From: Mobula hypostoma
Lineage: Eukaryota
Direction: 5' to 3'
NCBI RefSeq assembly: GCF_963921235.1
Contig: NC_086109.1
Location: forward strand, 8,744,001 to 8,808,000
Length of the DNA: 64,000 bases
Below, piece by piece: positions 23,863 through 35,969 of this stretch. Position numbers and translations under genes: made by a program. Within the stretch, counting starts at the first letter, position 1. The number at the start of each line of letters is the position of its first letter. The notes under the pieces were generated by a model that was given only the letters and a program-made list of their open reading frames with translations, searched no databases and was not told where the DNA came from.

Positions 23863-26579
23863 CCTCAATAAACAAGCTTTAATAAAACATCTTCAATCCA
23901 CTAGCAGGCTAAACAGCTCACCAAAAGTTTATTCCCCTCCACGGATGCTGCCTGACCTGCTGAGTTCCACCATCTCTTTGCGTGTGTTGCATCTAAAGTT
24001 AACCCGCACATAGGTGTTGCTGAGGTAGAGGGCTTATAAATGGACAGTAGAAAAACTCTGTGGTGGATGTTAGGCAAACTCAGCACTCCCACACCATAAT
24101 TTCATCAAGTCTATCTACGTGCCTTCCCTACTTCAGTGTTGTGAGCTGGTCGCTAACCAGGAGGGATTGAGGGATAGGTGTACAACCCTCCAATCTTCCA
24201 ATGGAGGTCAACCCAAGGACACCACCTTGAAATTCCGTAAGGCCATAAGATATGGGAGCAGAATTAGGCCATTTGGCCCATCGAGTCTGCTCTGCCATTT
24301 CATCATGGCTGATCCATTTCCCCCTCAGCCCCAGTCTCCTGACCTCTCCCCATATCCCTTCACGCCCTGGCTGATCAAGAATCTATCAATTCACACAGCT
24401 GCATCCAAAATTAAATGCGTGGCAGCTCGATGTCTCATACAACTTTTCATTAATGAAGTTCAACGTGAATGAGTTTTTAATTCTTTCTTTGGGATATGGC
24501 TGTGGCCAGCCTTCATTCTACATCCCTCATTGCCCCTGGAGCAGGTGGTCATGAGCTGCCTTCTTGAACCACTGCAGTCCGTCTAGAGAAAGTGCTTCCA
24601 CGCTGCTGTTGGGGAGCGAGTTTGTGATTTGAATGAAGGACCAGCTGTCAGAATGTGGAGGGGACTGAACTCTGAGGTACTGGTGTTCCACCAAGCCCAT
24701 TGCCCTTGCCACAGATAGCTGTGGAGGCCAAGTCGCTGGGTACATTTAAAGTAGGGGTTGATAGGTCCCTGATGTATGACTCATTGCCCCTTGTGAGAAA
24801 TTGTCATCTCTACCCTGAAAAATATGTCCAAAGACATATATTCACCCATCCATTCTCCTTGAGCAGAATTTGATTTGTTCTTGATTCATCAAAGGTTACA
24901 GGGAGAAGGCAGGAGAATGGAGTTGAGAGAGATAATATATCAGCCATAATCAAAGGGCAGAACAAACTTGATGGGCTGACTGGCCTAATTTTGCCACTAT
25001 GTCTTGTGGTCTTATAGTTTTGTTCTCGGTGCTAAGGAGTTGTGTATTTGGGAGATGCTATCAGAGTCAACTGAGCTAATACCATGGAGCATTTGGTACA
25101 CACTGCCATTATTGTGAATCCACGGTGAAGCCAAATATGCTTCTGAATGTCAATCAAGGAGGTCGTGCTTTGCCCTGGAATCACTTGAGATTCTGGGTGT
25201 TTTTGGAATTGGATTTATTCAAGACACTCCTAACACGTACCTTGTACATGGTTGAAAAGATTTGGTGACAGCTTAGTCAAATGCCAAACAACACATACAA
25301 AATGCTGGTGGAACTCAGCAGGTCGGGCAGCATCTGTGGAGGCAAAGAAACAATCAAAGTTTCAGACAATGAGAGATTCTACAGATCTGGAAACCCTGAG
25401 CAACCCACACAAAATGCTGGATCTACAGAGAGGAGTAAACAGTCAACATGTTGGGCCTAGATCCTTCAATAGCACTGGAAAAGAAGGGGACAGAAGTCAG
25501 AATAAGAAGGCGGGATGAGGAGAAGGTGTACAAACTAGAGAATCATTTCTCACTGTTGGGTAGATTCCAATATTTAAAGGTACGGTACTGTACCTCTGCA
25601 ACTAAAGCACAGATTTTCAGTAGACCAGCAGACTTGTTGCTTAATCCCATACCTTTCACTGTAACCAGTACAGTCAGCCATTCGGTAACGATGCGAGGCA
25701 GAGACTGGGAATGAGGGAATAATATTAGCTTCTGTGGGGATCTCGGGGGGGCGGGGGGCGCAAGATGGGTCATTGTCTCAGAGACCTGCCTCAGATCGTG
25801 GTTGTGAGTACTTGGTTCCACCTTGCCACCGAGTCCCACACCACTGAGGATGGGGATGATCTCAGAGTCTCCACCTCACACCACTGTCCACCACAGTCCA
25901 CGTCCCGGCACTAAAGGAATGCAGCGATTCAATCAGATCTGATGGGGAGACTCAGAAGTCTCATTCAAGCCAGGCTTTGCATTTTGAGTGCTACAAATTT
26001 GCATAATTTATCTACAAATGGCAGTCAAGTCTATTTGAGATATACTTTGCTTTAGGGGGTTTCCAAGGGTTGGTTTGTAAGCGTCCAATAGCTGGCTTCT
26101 ATATCATTGATAAATTAAGAAAGGCATTACCATCTACATTGAATATCTGAAACAGAATGAGAATTTGCCACATTCTATGTTATATTAAAATTAATAAAAT
26201 ATATGTTTAATGAGAAATCAAATTGAAATGCACTGTGGGTCAGACAGCATCTGTGGAGATTGATCTGTGGATATTTCAGATCAATAAGTTTTCACTGCAG
26301 CAGACAAAAGTTAGAAAGGTTAGTTGTTGAGGGACAGAGAGAACAAGTGTTAGGTTGGAAGTCAGGAGAGGCCAGGTGATACAAGTGTAGCGATTCCAAA
26401 TGATGAAAAAATGGAAAATGATGAAGGTGGGGAAATGTAATCAGGAGGAGGTGAACGAAATCTAAAATTACCTAAAGAGGGGTAGTGAAAAACTGAATGC
26501 AGGAAATGTGGGGCACCAGACAGAAAGAGCTGACGCCTTGTAATTGTTCAATTTCTTTTCATATATTTCTTTATCAATC

Positions 26580-27040
26580 TCTAGTTAGGACTCACCTAGA
26601 GTATTGCACATAGTTCCAGTTGCCCCCACTATAGGAAGGGTGTCGAGGCTTTGGAGAGTGTGCAGGAGAGGTTCACCGGGATGCTGCCTGGATTAGAGAG
26701 CATGTGATATAACAAAAGGCTGGGTTGTTTTCTCTCTAGAGCGGTGGAGGCTAAGGGGAGATCTGTTAGAGGTTTATAGGATTGTGAGTGGCAAACGATA
26801 AATAGAGTCAACAGATATTGTCTTTCTCGCATGGTTGAAATGTCTAATACCAGAGGGCCTGCATTTAAAGTAAGAGGCGGTCACTTCAAAGGAGATGTGA
26901 GAGGCAAGTTTTTTACAGAGAGTGGCAGCTGCCTGGGGAAGTGGTAGAAACAAAAACATAGAAATTAAAAAACAGATTCCTTAGGGATATTGGAGACTTG
27001 TAAGATCGGCATATGAATATGAGGGAAATGAAAGGATGGG
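26580..27040 (+). mobile_element. CR1 3' fragment
   Basis: LVRTHLEYC...PHYRKGVEALESVQERFTGMLPGLE. Confidence 0.8.
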
Positions 27041-27827
27041 TGACAATTCCTCAAGAGGGTCCCTCCGCCCCGCCTCAAAATACATGTGGTTGGATGAAGT
27101 ATTTGACCCAATCTGCAATTTGTTTCCCCCAGTACAGAGGACATTGTACCATAGAGTCATAGCCAGTTAGGAGGAGTCCCTTCAGCCCACCAGGTCCATG
27201 CTAGGCATCAAATACCGATGTGGACTATCTCAAACACTAATATCATGAGCTTACTGAAATGGAAATGTTTCACTCATAACGAGAGGTTGGAGGGGCTGGG
27301 TTTGTCTTCCTTGGGACAGCGCTGATCTGATAGAGGTCTATAAGATCGTGAGAGGCATAGTTCAATTTTTATTTAGGACAGAATGGTACTCTGGTGGTTA
27401 GCATGATGCAATTACAGTCCCTGTGACCTAGGTTCAATTCTCGCCACTGTCTGTAAAGTTCTCCCCGTGACCGTATGGGTTTCCTCCCATATTCCAAAGA
27501 TGTATCACTTAGGAAGTTAGTTGGTTACGTGGGTGTAATTAGGAGGTACAGGCTTGTTGGGCTGGAAGAGCCTGTTCCTGTGCTGTATCTCTGAATAAGT
27601 AAATAGAATTAATAGGTCTTGTATTTCTGAGCCAGTTGGAGGAGCTGCTCAATGTAGACTGAGGAAAAGGTTATGGAAATCCAGACCATCAGATGAATCT
27701 CCTGCATTCCACTCTTTATCCAGTGCTTCTTCATGAAGGAAACCAGGAGTGTATACATTGGCATCCTGAGGGCAATCTGAAACCAGGGAACCAACACTCT
27801 GTGACATCAGCAACCACGCAAATGTCA

Positions 27828-28092
27828 TGCACATACAAAATGCTGGAGGAACGCGGCAGGTCAGGCAGCGTCTATGGAAAGGAATAAATAGTTGACATTT
27901 CGGGCTGAGTCCCTTCATCTGGTCTTGAAGAATTTGACATTTCAGGCCAAGACTCTCTATGAGGTCCCGATGAAAGGTCTCAGCCCAAGACGTTGACTGT
28001 TTATTCCTTTCCACAGATGCTGCCTGACCTGCTGAGTTCCTCCAGCACTTAGTCAGTGTTTTGCTCTGAGTTTGCAGCATCTGCACTCTTGT
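27828..28092. mobile_element. Head-to-head PLE pLTR foldback
   Basis: Reverse arm followed by forward arm. TSD gcaaatgtcat versus gcaaatgacat. Confidence 0.78.
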
Positions 28093-28475
28093 GCAAATGA
28101 CATACAGCACTTGGGCCTTAAGGTTTGTGTGGACACAGAGCAATCAGATCATGACTCACGGGTTGGTTGCCAAGGTGCCAGGCGTCTTGTTTCAACTTGC
28201 TGGTAAGCACTTTACATTTAATACCAGCAAGCAGCCACAGATGAAGAGGTTATCAAGTGCTTCTGTATCCCAAATGGTAAATGAAGATATCAACTTGATT
28301 TATTGTCAAATGAAGATCTAAAACAACCTCCTCTTCAATACTCGGAGAGTACTCAGAAGCCCTCCATCTGTTCCGAAATGTTTACGGTTAGATGACAGGA
28401 CTCTACATCCGCTTGATCCCCAGACAATGCACATTTTCCATTTTGTATCCACATTACTTGTACTTAAAGATTAAA

Positions 28476-28683
28476 TCAACACACACAAAATGCTGGAGGA
28501 ACTCAGCAGACCAGGCAGTATCTAGGGGAAAGAGTAAACAGTCGACGTTTCAGCCCTGATGAAGGATCCCAGCCCGAAATGTCAACTGTTTACTCTTATC
28601 CATGGATGCTGCCTGTCCTGCTGAGTTCCTCCAGCATTTTGTGTGTGTTGCTTGGACTTCCAGCATCTGCGGGTTTTCTCATG
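28476..28683. mobile_element. Head-to-head PLE pLTR foldback
   Basis: Arms join at gacgtttcagc|cctgatgaagg. TSD ttaaagattaaa (28464-28475) versus ttaaaaattaaa (28684-28695). Confidence 0.82.
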
Positions 28684-29675
28684 TTAAAAATTAAAGATTA
28701 GCTTTATCTGTCACGTGAACATCGAAACATATAGTGAAATGCATAGTTTGTGTCAATGAACAATGCAGTCCACTCTGGTTCTAGAGCCTGATGGTTGAAG
28801 GGTAATAACTGTTCCTGAACCTGGTGGTGCGGGACCCGAGCCTTCTTACCTTCTGCCCGATGGTTGTCGCAAGAGAAGAGCATAGACTGGATGGCGGGGG
28901 TCATTAATGATGGACGCTGCTTTCTTGTGATAGCGCTCCTTGTAAATGCGGTCAATGATGGGGAAGATACTGCCTCTGATGGATTGTAATATATCCTCTC
29001 TTCCCCCCCAGAGATGTGTTAGGGGCAGCCCGCGAGTGATGCCGTGCTTCCAGTGCCAACATAGCATGCCCACAACTTACTAGCCCGTACGCCCTTTTGG
29101 AATGTGGGAGGAAACTGGAGCACCCGGAGAAAACTCAAGCGGTTATGGGGAGAAAGTACAAGCTCCTAACTGCCAGCGGTGGGAATTGAACCCAGAAAGC
29201 TGACCACCAGCACTGCACAGCTAACTGCCACACTACCGTGCCGCCCATTGTAAGGAAGTCCCACTCCGCTTTCTTGTCCAGGTGCAGATAACTTGTCCTC
29301 CTTCTCTCAAAAAGATATTAATAATCAAATGAAAGCAACAGTTCTGTCTCTGCCTCCCATTATCTCCTCCTCGCTAACGAATGTGTAACAATGCTTGGTT
29401 GAACAGTAAGCACGCAGAAATGTGCAGTGCTCCGACAGTGATTTCAATCCTGCTGAATTGTCTCCACCCAAAACGTCGACTGTTCACTCTTTTCCATACA
29501 TGCTGCCTGGCCTGCTGAGTTCCTCCAGCATTTTGTGTGTGTTGCACTGATTTCAATATTTTGGATCTGAATGAGGCTTACTGTAAAGTGACCTTGAAGA
29601 GGGATCTTGAGGTCAAAGTCCGTTGCTCGCTGAAAGTGTCCCCACAAGTCAACAGGGTGGTAAAGAACAGGATGG

Positions 29676-30185
29676 CAAGCCTGGATAACCTCCAGCTGGA
29701 TGGCATGAACATTGATTCCTCCTACTTCCCCCACTTCCTTCTCCCTTTTCTTATTCTTCATCTTGGTTCCCTCCTTCACTCCTCTCTTCCCTTCACCTGC
29801 CCATCACCACCCACTGATGCCCCTCTTCCTTCCCTTTCATCCACGGTCCACTGTCCTCCCCTATCAGATTCCTTCCTCTTCAGCCCTTAACCTTTTCCTC
29901 CTATCGCTGCCCATCTTCTCACTTCACCACCTTTCCAGCTTCCTCCAAACTTAGCTTCACCTATCACCCGTCAGCTTGTGCTTCTTCCCCTCCCTCTCCC
30001 ACCACCTTCTGATTCTGGACCCCCCCACCAACCCCTTCTTTTCTAGTCTTGATCAAGGGTCTCGGCTCAAATCGTCAACTGCTTATTCCCACCCCACCCC
30101 CGTAGATTCTGCCTGACCTGCTGAATTCCTCCAGCATTTTGTGTGTGTTGCTCAAAGTTTCCAGCATCTGCAGAGTCTCTTGTGG
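29676..30185 (+). mobile_element. PLE 3' end (ORF terminus plus pLTR)
   Basis: LDNLQLDGMNIDSSYF, a pyrimidine-rich UTR, a degenerate hammerhead and the pLTR end. Confidence 0.8.
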
Positions 30186-30294
30186 TCAAACATTCCGGAG
30201 GTTTTCTTTTGTGAATTTGTTTATGGGATAGATATTGGCCAGATACTTTTCCTCGAGAAATAAGGATGTGGTGGTATAAGGATGCCCTTTATGT

Positions 30295-30575
30295 CGGCAC
30301 CTCTGTAGTGTAGTGCTTAAAGCGACCCCATTACAATTTGGGGTGTTGGGGTTCAGAGCATAATTTCAGCGTCCTGTTTAAGAAAGTTTGTATATGCCCC
30401 CTGTGTGTGCGAGGGTTTCCTCCCACATTCCAAAGACACGTAGGTTGGTAGGTTGATTGGTCATTGTACATTGTCCTGTGATTAGGCTAGGGTTAAATCG
30501 ATGGGTTGCTGGGCGGTGAGGCTTGTTGGGCCGGAAGGGCCTGTTCCACACTGTATCTCTGAATAAAAATAAAGT
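30295..30575 (+). mobile_element. V-SINE (HE1-like)
   Basis: tRNA-like head, gggtttcctcccacattccaaagac core, and a CR1-type tail gggccggaagggcctgttccacactgtatctc. Confidence 0.75.
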
Positions 30576-31207
30576 AAAATTAGCGTCTGATCAGAGCGAA
30601 AGCCTTCTCGTGCTCCTGCATCCAGTCACTGAATCTGCTCAGGACTGTGAAGCAATGACTGGAGGCACAAAGGCTCATTAGCTCACAGACAAAACCGTTG
30701 CCCTGAGCAAATCTGGCTGTTTATATGGAAACCACACCTTTCAAAAGGAAAAAATGATTAAGACAAGGAGTTGTATTTTCATTGAAACTAACAGTGCAGT
30801 CCCTTGTTTTACATAATGTGTCTAATCATTACAGTACATAAATTATGAGTACGTATTTGTTCATGTTTTTGAAGATCTGAGCGTCAGTGGTGACCTGACC
30901 CTCCAGGGCTTACTACCATTCTGAAGCCGGGGGTGGGCCCCCTTCATGATCCACCATTTTCCCTCTGCTGAAGGCCCGCCCACAGCGTTGTTAGGGAGAC
31001 TTTGATTCGGGAGCAATAAAGGACATTAAGATCATAAGATAAAGGGGCAGAAGCAGGCCATTCAGCCCACTGGGTCTGCTCCAGCGTTCAATCATGGCTG
31101 ATTTATCTGCCTCTGGTAGGTCCTCTGCAGAGAAGACAACCCAGGGTTTGTCACTCCTTGTAGCTCACGCTCTCTAATCCAGGCAGCATGTGGGTAAACC
31201 TCTTCTG

Positions 31208-32127
31208 ACTGGTGCAGGTAACAGGCAAAATCCAGACATCACGACCCTGGAGGTCCTGCTTTTCAACTTTCTACCTAACTCCCTACATTCTCTCTTCAGG
31301 ACTTCCTCCCTTTTCCTACTCATGTCATTGGTACCGATACGTACCACGACTTCCAGCGGTTCACCCTCCCCCATCAGAATACAGTGGACCCGATGCAAGA
31401 CATTGCGGACCCTGGCGCCTGGCAGGCAACATACCATCCAGGTCTCTATCGCATCAGAAGAATCTGCCGTCTGCTCCTCTAATATGGAATCCCCTATCAC
31501 TGCTGTGTTCCTCTTCTCCCCCTTCCCTTCTGAGCCACAGAGCCAGGCTCCGTGCCAAAAATCAGGTTGCTGCAGCTTCCCTCTGGTAAGTCGTCTCCCC
31601 CCACCCTGCCACAAGAGTATCCAAAGCGGTACACTTATTGCTGAGGAGAATGACCACGGGATACTCTGCACTGGCTGCCTATTCCCTTTCCCTCTCCTCA
31701 CTGTCGCCCATTTACCAGCTTCCTACTTCCCTGTGGCTCCTATCTGTCACCTCCTCATTCTCCTGTATGAGCTGAGGGTCACCCAGCTGCAGCTCCCATT
31801 CCTTAACATGGCCTCTGAGGGGTTGGAGCTTGATGCACTTCATACAGATATAGTTATCAGGGAGACCAGAGGTCTCCCAAAGTTCCCACGTCTCACACAA
31901 AGAAAATATCATTAATTCCCGAAATGTTCTCAGCGCACTAGCTATGAAACACTTGTTAGAAACTTACTTAGAATGTCCGCCTGTGCTCACCCAAGCCTTT
32001 TAAGCCTGACCACTCTAACACTGTCCACTCATACAACAGCCGCTCCGCTTACACCTCCCTTCTCTTTATTGGCCCCTGCCAAGTGCCTAGTAGGTCGTTG
32101 TAATTGCAGCCTGCCAAAAAGTCCCCA
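31208..32127 (-). mobile_element. CR1 5' UTR plus ORF1 (Cys-rich/coiled region and SGNH esterase), inverted relative to the adjacent ORF2
   Basis: ORF 31712-31912 reads LCETWE..YICMKCIKLQ. ORF 31174-31701 reads VIGDSI, CCLPGARV, VVVRIGTND, LKSRTSRVVMSG. Confidence 0.88.
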
Positions 32128-34822
32128 AAACACCTAGCAGAACAGCAATGGCTGGAGTTTCTAAAAGAAGTTTGGAAGGTACAGGAAAGGAAGAAGAAAT
32201 ATTCTGAAGGGAAGATGAGGTAACTGTTGCTGACAAAGGAAGTCAAAAAAATCATAAAAGCAAAAGAGAGGGCATACAATACAGCAAAAATTAGTGGGAA
32301 GGTAGAGGATTAGGAAGCTCTTAAAAACTAACAGAAGTCAACAAAAAACTATAAGGAGAGAAAAGATGAAATATCAAAGTCAAAGTTCAAAGTAAAATTT
32401 ATTATCAGAGTACATGCACGTCACCACATACAACCCTGAGATTCTTTTTCTGGGCATACTTAGCAAATCAATAGAATAGTAACTGTAAACTGAAAATATC
32501 AGGAACTATAAACTGTAAACAAACTATGCAAATGCAGATATAGATAAATAGCAATAAATAACGAGCATAAAATAACAATATAACAAGAGTCCTTAAATGA
32601 GTGTAACTTTTGTTCAAGAGCCTGATGGTTGAGGGGTAATAACTGTTCTTGAACCTGGTGGTGTGAGTCCTGAGGCTCCTGAACCTTCTACCTGATGGCA
32701 GCAGTGAGAGAAGAGCAAGGCCTGGCTGGTGAGGATCTTTGCTGATTGATGCTGCTTTTCTACGGCAACTTTTCATGTAGGTGTGCTCAATGGTTGGGAG
32801 GGTTTTACCCGTGATATATTGGGCTGAACCTACTACCTTTTTTAGGGTTTTCCGCTCAAAGGCATTGGTGCTCTCACACCAGATCAGAATGCAGCCAGTC
32901 AGCACACCTTCCACCACACATCTATAGAAGTTTGCCAAGGTTTTCGATGACATGCCAAACTTCAGCAGACACCTGAGGAAGTAGAGTAAAGTTTACTGAC
33001 ACTCTCCACTTCTGAAATATGAAGGTAAGCTAGCCAATAATATTAAAGAAAATAGAAAAAGTTTTTCAGATATGTAAAGAATAAAAGAGAGATGACAGTG
33101 GATATTGGGTGACTAAGAAATAGCAGATGAACTTAATAAGTATTTTGTGTCAGTCTTCACTGTGGAAGACACTAGCAGAATGCAAGATATGTGAGAGTGT
33201 CACGGGGCAGATATGAGTGTTGTTGCTATTATGAGGGAGAAACTGCTTGGGAAGCTGAAAAGTCTATTGGTAGGTAGATTGACTATACCCCAGGGTTCTG
33301 AAAGAGGGAGCTGAAGAAAATGTGGAGGCATTAGGAGTGATCTTTCAAGAATCACTGGATTCTGGCATGGTTCTGGAGGATTGGAAAATTGCAAATGTCA
33401 CTCCACTCTTTAAGAAGGGAGGAAGGCAGAAGAAAGGAAGTGATAGGCCAGTTACCCTGATTTTATTGGTTGGAAAGATGTTGGAATCTGTTACTAAGGA
33501 TAAGGTTTCAGGGTACTTGGAGGAATATGACAAAATGGGCCTAATTCAGCATGGTTTCCTCAAGGGGAAATCTTGCTATACAAATCCGTTGGAATTCTTT
33601 ATGGAAATAACAGGCTGGATAGATAAAGGAGAGTCAGTGAATGTTGTTTATTTGGATTTTCAGAAGGTCTTTGACAAGGTGCTGCACATGAGGTTGCTTA
33701 ACAAGATAAGAGCCCATGGTATGACAGGAAAGATGCTAACATGGACAGAGTGTTTGCTGGCTGGCAGGAGGGAGAGAGTGGGAATAAAGCAACCCTTTTC
33801 TGATTGGCTGCTGCTGATTAGTAATGTGCATCAGGGGTCAGTGTTGGGACTGACTCTTTTTACGTTATGCAGTATGTCCATGATTTGGATGATGGAATTG
33901 ATGGCTTTGTGGCCAAGTTTGCAAACGATATGGGTAGCTGGAAGTGCAGGTAGCTTTGAGGAAGCAGGGTGTCTGCAGGAGTACTTAGGCAGATTGGAAG
34001 AATGAGCAAAGAAGTGGCAGGTGGAATTATAGTGTAGGGAAGTGCATGGTCATGCACTTGGGTAGAAGGAATAAAGGCGTGAACTATTTTTGAAATGAGG
34101 AGAAAATCCAAAACTTAAATGAGCAAAGGGACTAGGGAGTCCTTGAGCAGGATTCCCTGAAGGTTAACTTGAAGGTTGAGACAGTGGTAAGGAAGGCAAA
34201 TGCATTTTTAGCATTCATTTTGAGAAGACTAGAATACAAAAGGAAGAATGCTGTGCTAAGGCTTTATTTTAAAAATTGGTCTGACCACACTTGGAGTATT
34301 AAGAGCAGTTTTGGGCCCCTTATCTAAGAAAAGTTGGGCTGGGATTGGAGAGGGTCCAGCAGAGGTTCAGGAGAATGATCCCAGGTATGAAAGGGTTAAG
34401 ATAAGAGGAATCTTTAATGGCTCTGAACCTGTACCCACTGGAGTTTAGCAGAATGAAGGGGGATCTCATTGAAACCTATCTAATATTGAAAGGCCGAGAT
34501 AGAGTGGATGTGTAGAGGATGTTTCCTATTGTGGGGAGTCTAGGACCAGTCTCAGAATAGAGGGAAATCCATTTAGAACAGAGATGAGGAAAGATTTCTT
34601 TAGCTAGAGGGTGGTGAATCTTTGCCACAGATGGCTGTGCAGGCCAAGTCATTGCTTATATTTAAGACAGAGCTCGATAGGTTCTTGATTAATCAGAACA
34701 TCGAAAGTTATAGGGAGAAGGCAGGAGAATGGGTTCACAGGGATAATAAATCAACCATGACTGAAAGGCAGCAGATTCAATGAGCACAATGGCCTAATTC
34801 TGTTCCTATGTCTTGTGGTCTT
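32128..34822 (+). mobile_element. CR1 ORF2 (RT) pseudogene and 3' UTR
   Basis: ORF 33322-34005 reads DWKIANVTPLFKKG, QHGFLKGKSC, YLDFQKVFDKV, QGSVLG. Tail is cctatgtcttgtggtctt. Confidence 0.93.
32374..33012 (-). mobile_element. Rex1/Babar 3' fragment nested in CR1
   Basis: ORF 32468-32953 reads FYRCVVEGVLTGCI...LLPSGRRFRSLRTHTTRFKNSYYP. 8-bp TSD tgaaatat. Confidence 0.88.
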
Positions 34823-35037
34823 CTTCACCCACTCCAATGCCTCAACATCCTTCTTGTAATGGAGACACTGAAGCTGATCCCAATGCATGTCTCCGGCCTC
34901 ATTCGCCCAATTGTAGAGCTGGGCATTTCCCTGCTCAGACTCCCTGCATCCAGCAAGCGTGAAGTCTCTGAATTCCACACCCACGGTCCCCTGGCATAGG
35001 TCTCAAAGCTGGGCCTGCAAGGACAGTATCAGGCAAT

Positions 35038-35215
35038 GCCAACACACAAGTGCAGGAGGAGCTCTATGGAGGGAATAAGCAGTCAATGTTTCGGGCTGAC
35101 AACCACAACGCCAAATGCTTATTCCCCTCCATAGATGCTGCCTGACCTCCTAAGTTCCTCCAGCACTTTGTGCGTGTTGCTCTGGATTTCTAGCATCTGT
35201 AGAATCTCTTGTGTT
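35038..35215. mobile_element. Degenerate head-to-head PLE foldback
   Basis: Reverse and forward arms. TSD tatcaggcaat versus tatcgggcaat. Confidence 0.65.
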
Positions 35216-35444
35216 TATCGGGCAATATCAAGTCGCTTTGTGAAGTGTCAGTGCAGAGGCCTGGGGACTGCTCACCTTCCTGTTCTGTCAGACTGGGTGC
35301 AACACAGTCAGGAGAAATACAAAAAGGGGAAGCAGTGAACTTGTAAAATTGCAACAGTCTCAGATATGTATCAGCTTGGCATGACTTATCTTTTATTCTT
35401 CAGTCATTTTGCAAATCAATTAAATTTAGTAATTTATTTCATGT

Positions 35445-35828
35445 GTGGCGGGGTGGAGATACATCTCTACCAAAGGAGATGCAAGGCGTTCCTTCCCTCT
35501 GCTAGCCTGCAGGTCGCCCTAGGACAAGGTGTAGCATCTGCTCAGCCCCCTGATCAAGGTCATGTGAAGTCATGGGAGCAGCTGGTGAACGATCACATGA
35601 ACAGCTGGTGCCTGTCACAGGTCCTGGTTATGTGACCACTGACACCAGGCAGACAATCTCTGAAGAGTATCAATAACGGCTGAGGTCACCTGTCTTGTAA
35701 AGACACTGCCCAGAAGAAGGCAATGGCCAACCACTTCTGTAGAAAAATTTGCCAAGAACCGTCATGGTCATGAAGGACCGGACCGTGCTCGCCCACGTCA
35801 TATGACATGGCACATAAAGATGACAATG
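35445..35828 (+). mobile_element. Non-autonomous RTE (BovB-like) bipartite element, family A
   Basis: gaagaaggcaatggccaaccacttc motif, recalled from BovB/Bov-A/Sauria-SINE, joined to an RTE-type end gcccacgtcatatgacatggcacataa. Five or six copies in the window. Confidence 0.78.
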
Positions 35829-35969
35829 AATTTATTTTAAATTTTATTAATTTGAATTTTCCGCATTGAACTGCGGTCAATTTGTCAATGAAGCATGCAG
35901 CAAGAACCTGGACGGCTGTATCTCCTAGGATGAAAAGCAACTATTAATATACGTTTTTTTTCTTTTTTT

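Noticed and set aside
25997..26004. Octamer ATTTGCAT as an immunoglobulin or snRNA promoter
   Set aside because: No leader or V exon, no heptamer-spacer-nonamer RSS and no snRNA sequence nearby. The cacagtg/cactgtg hits I inspected lack proper nonamers.
27609..27797. Possible terminal exon on the minus strand after ctggtttcAG
   Set aside because: Two short frames are open and neither is recognisable. No linked upstream exon could be supported.
28196..28231. 10-bp hairpin cttgctggta/taccagcaag as a miRNA or regulatory stem
   Set aside because: The stem is too short for a pre-miRNA, and about this many 10-bp inverted repeats are expected by chance in 64 kb.
30615..30670. Imperfect hairpin (tccagtca/tgactgga) as a pre-miRNA
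   Set aside because: Pairing is poor beyond about 8-13 bp and it matches no miRNA I recognise.
31190..31915. 241-aa plus-strand ORF
   Set aside because: It is the antisense shadow of CR1 ORF1.
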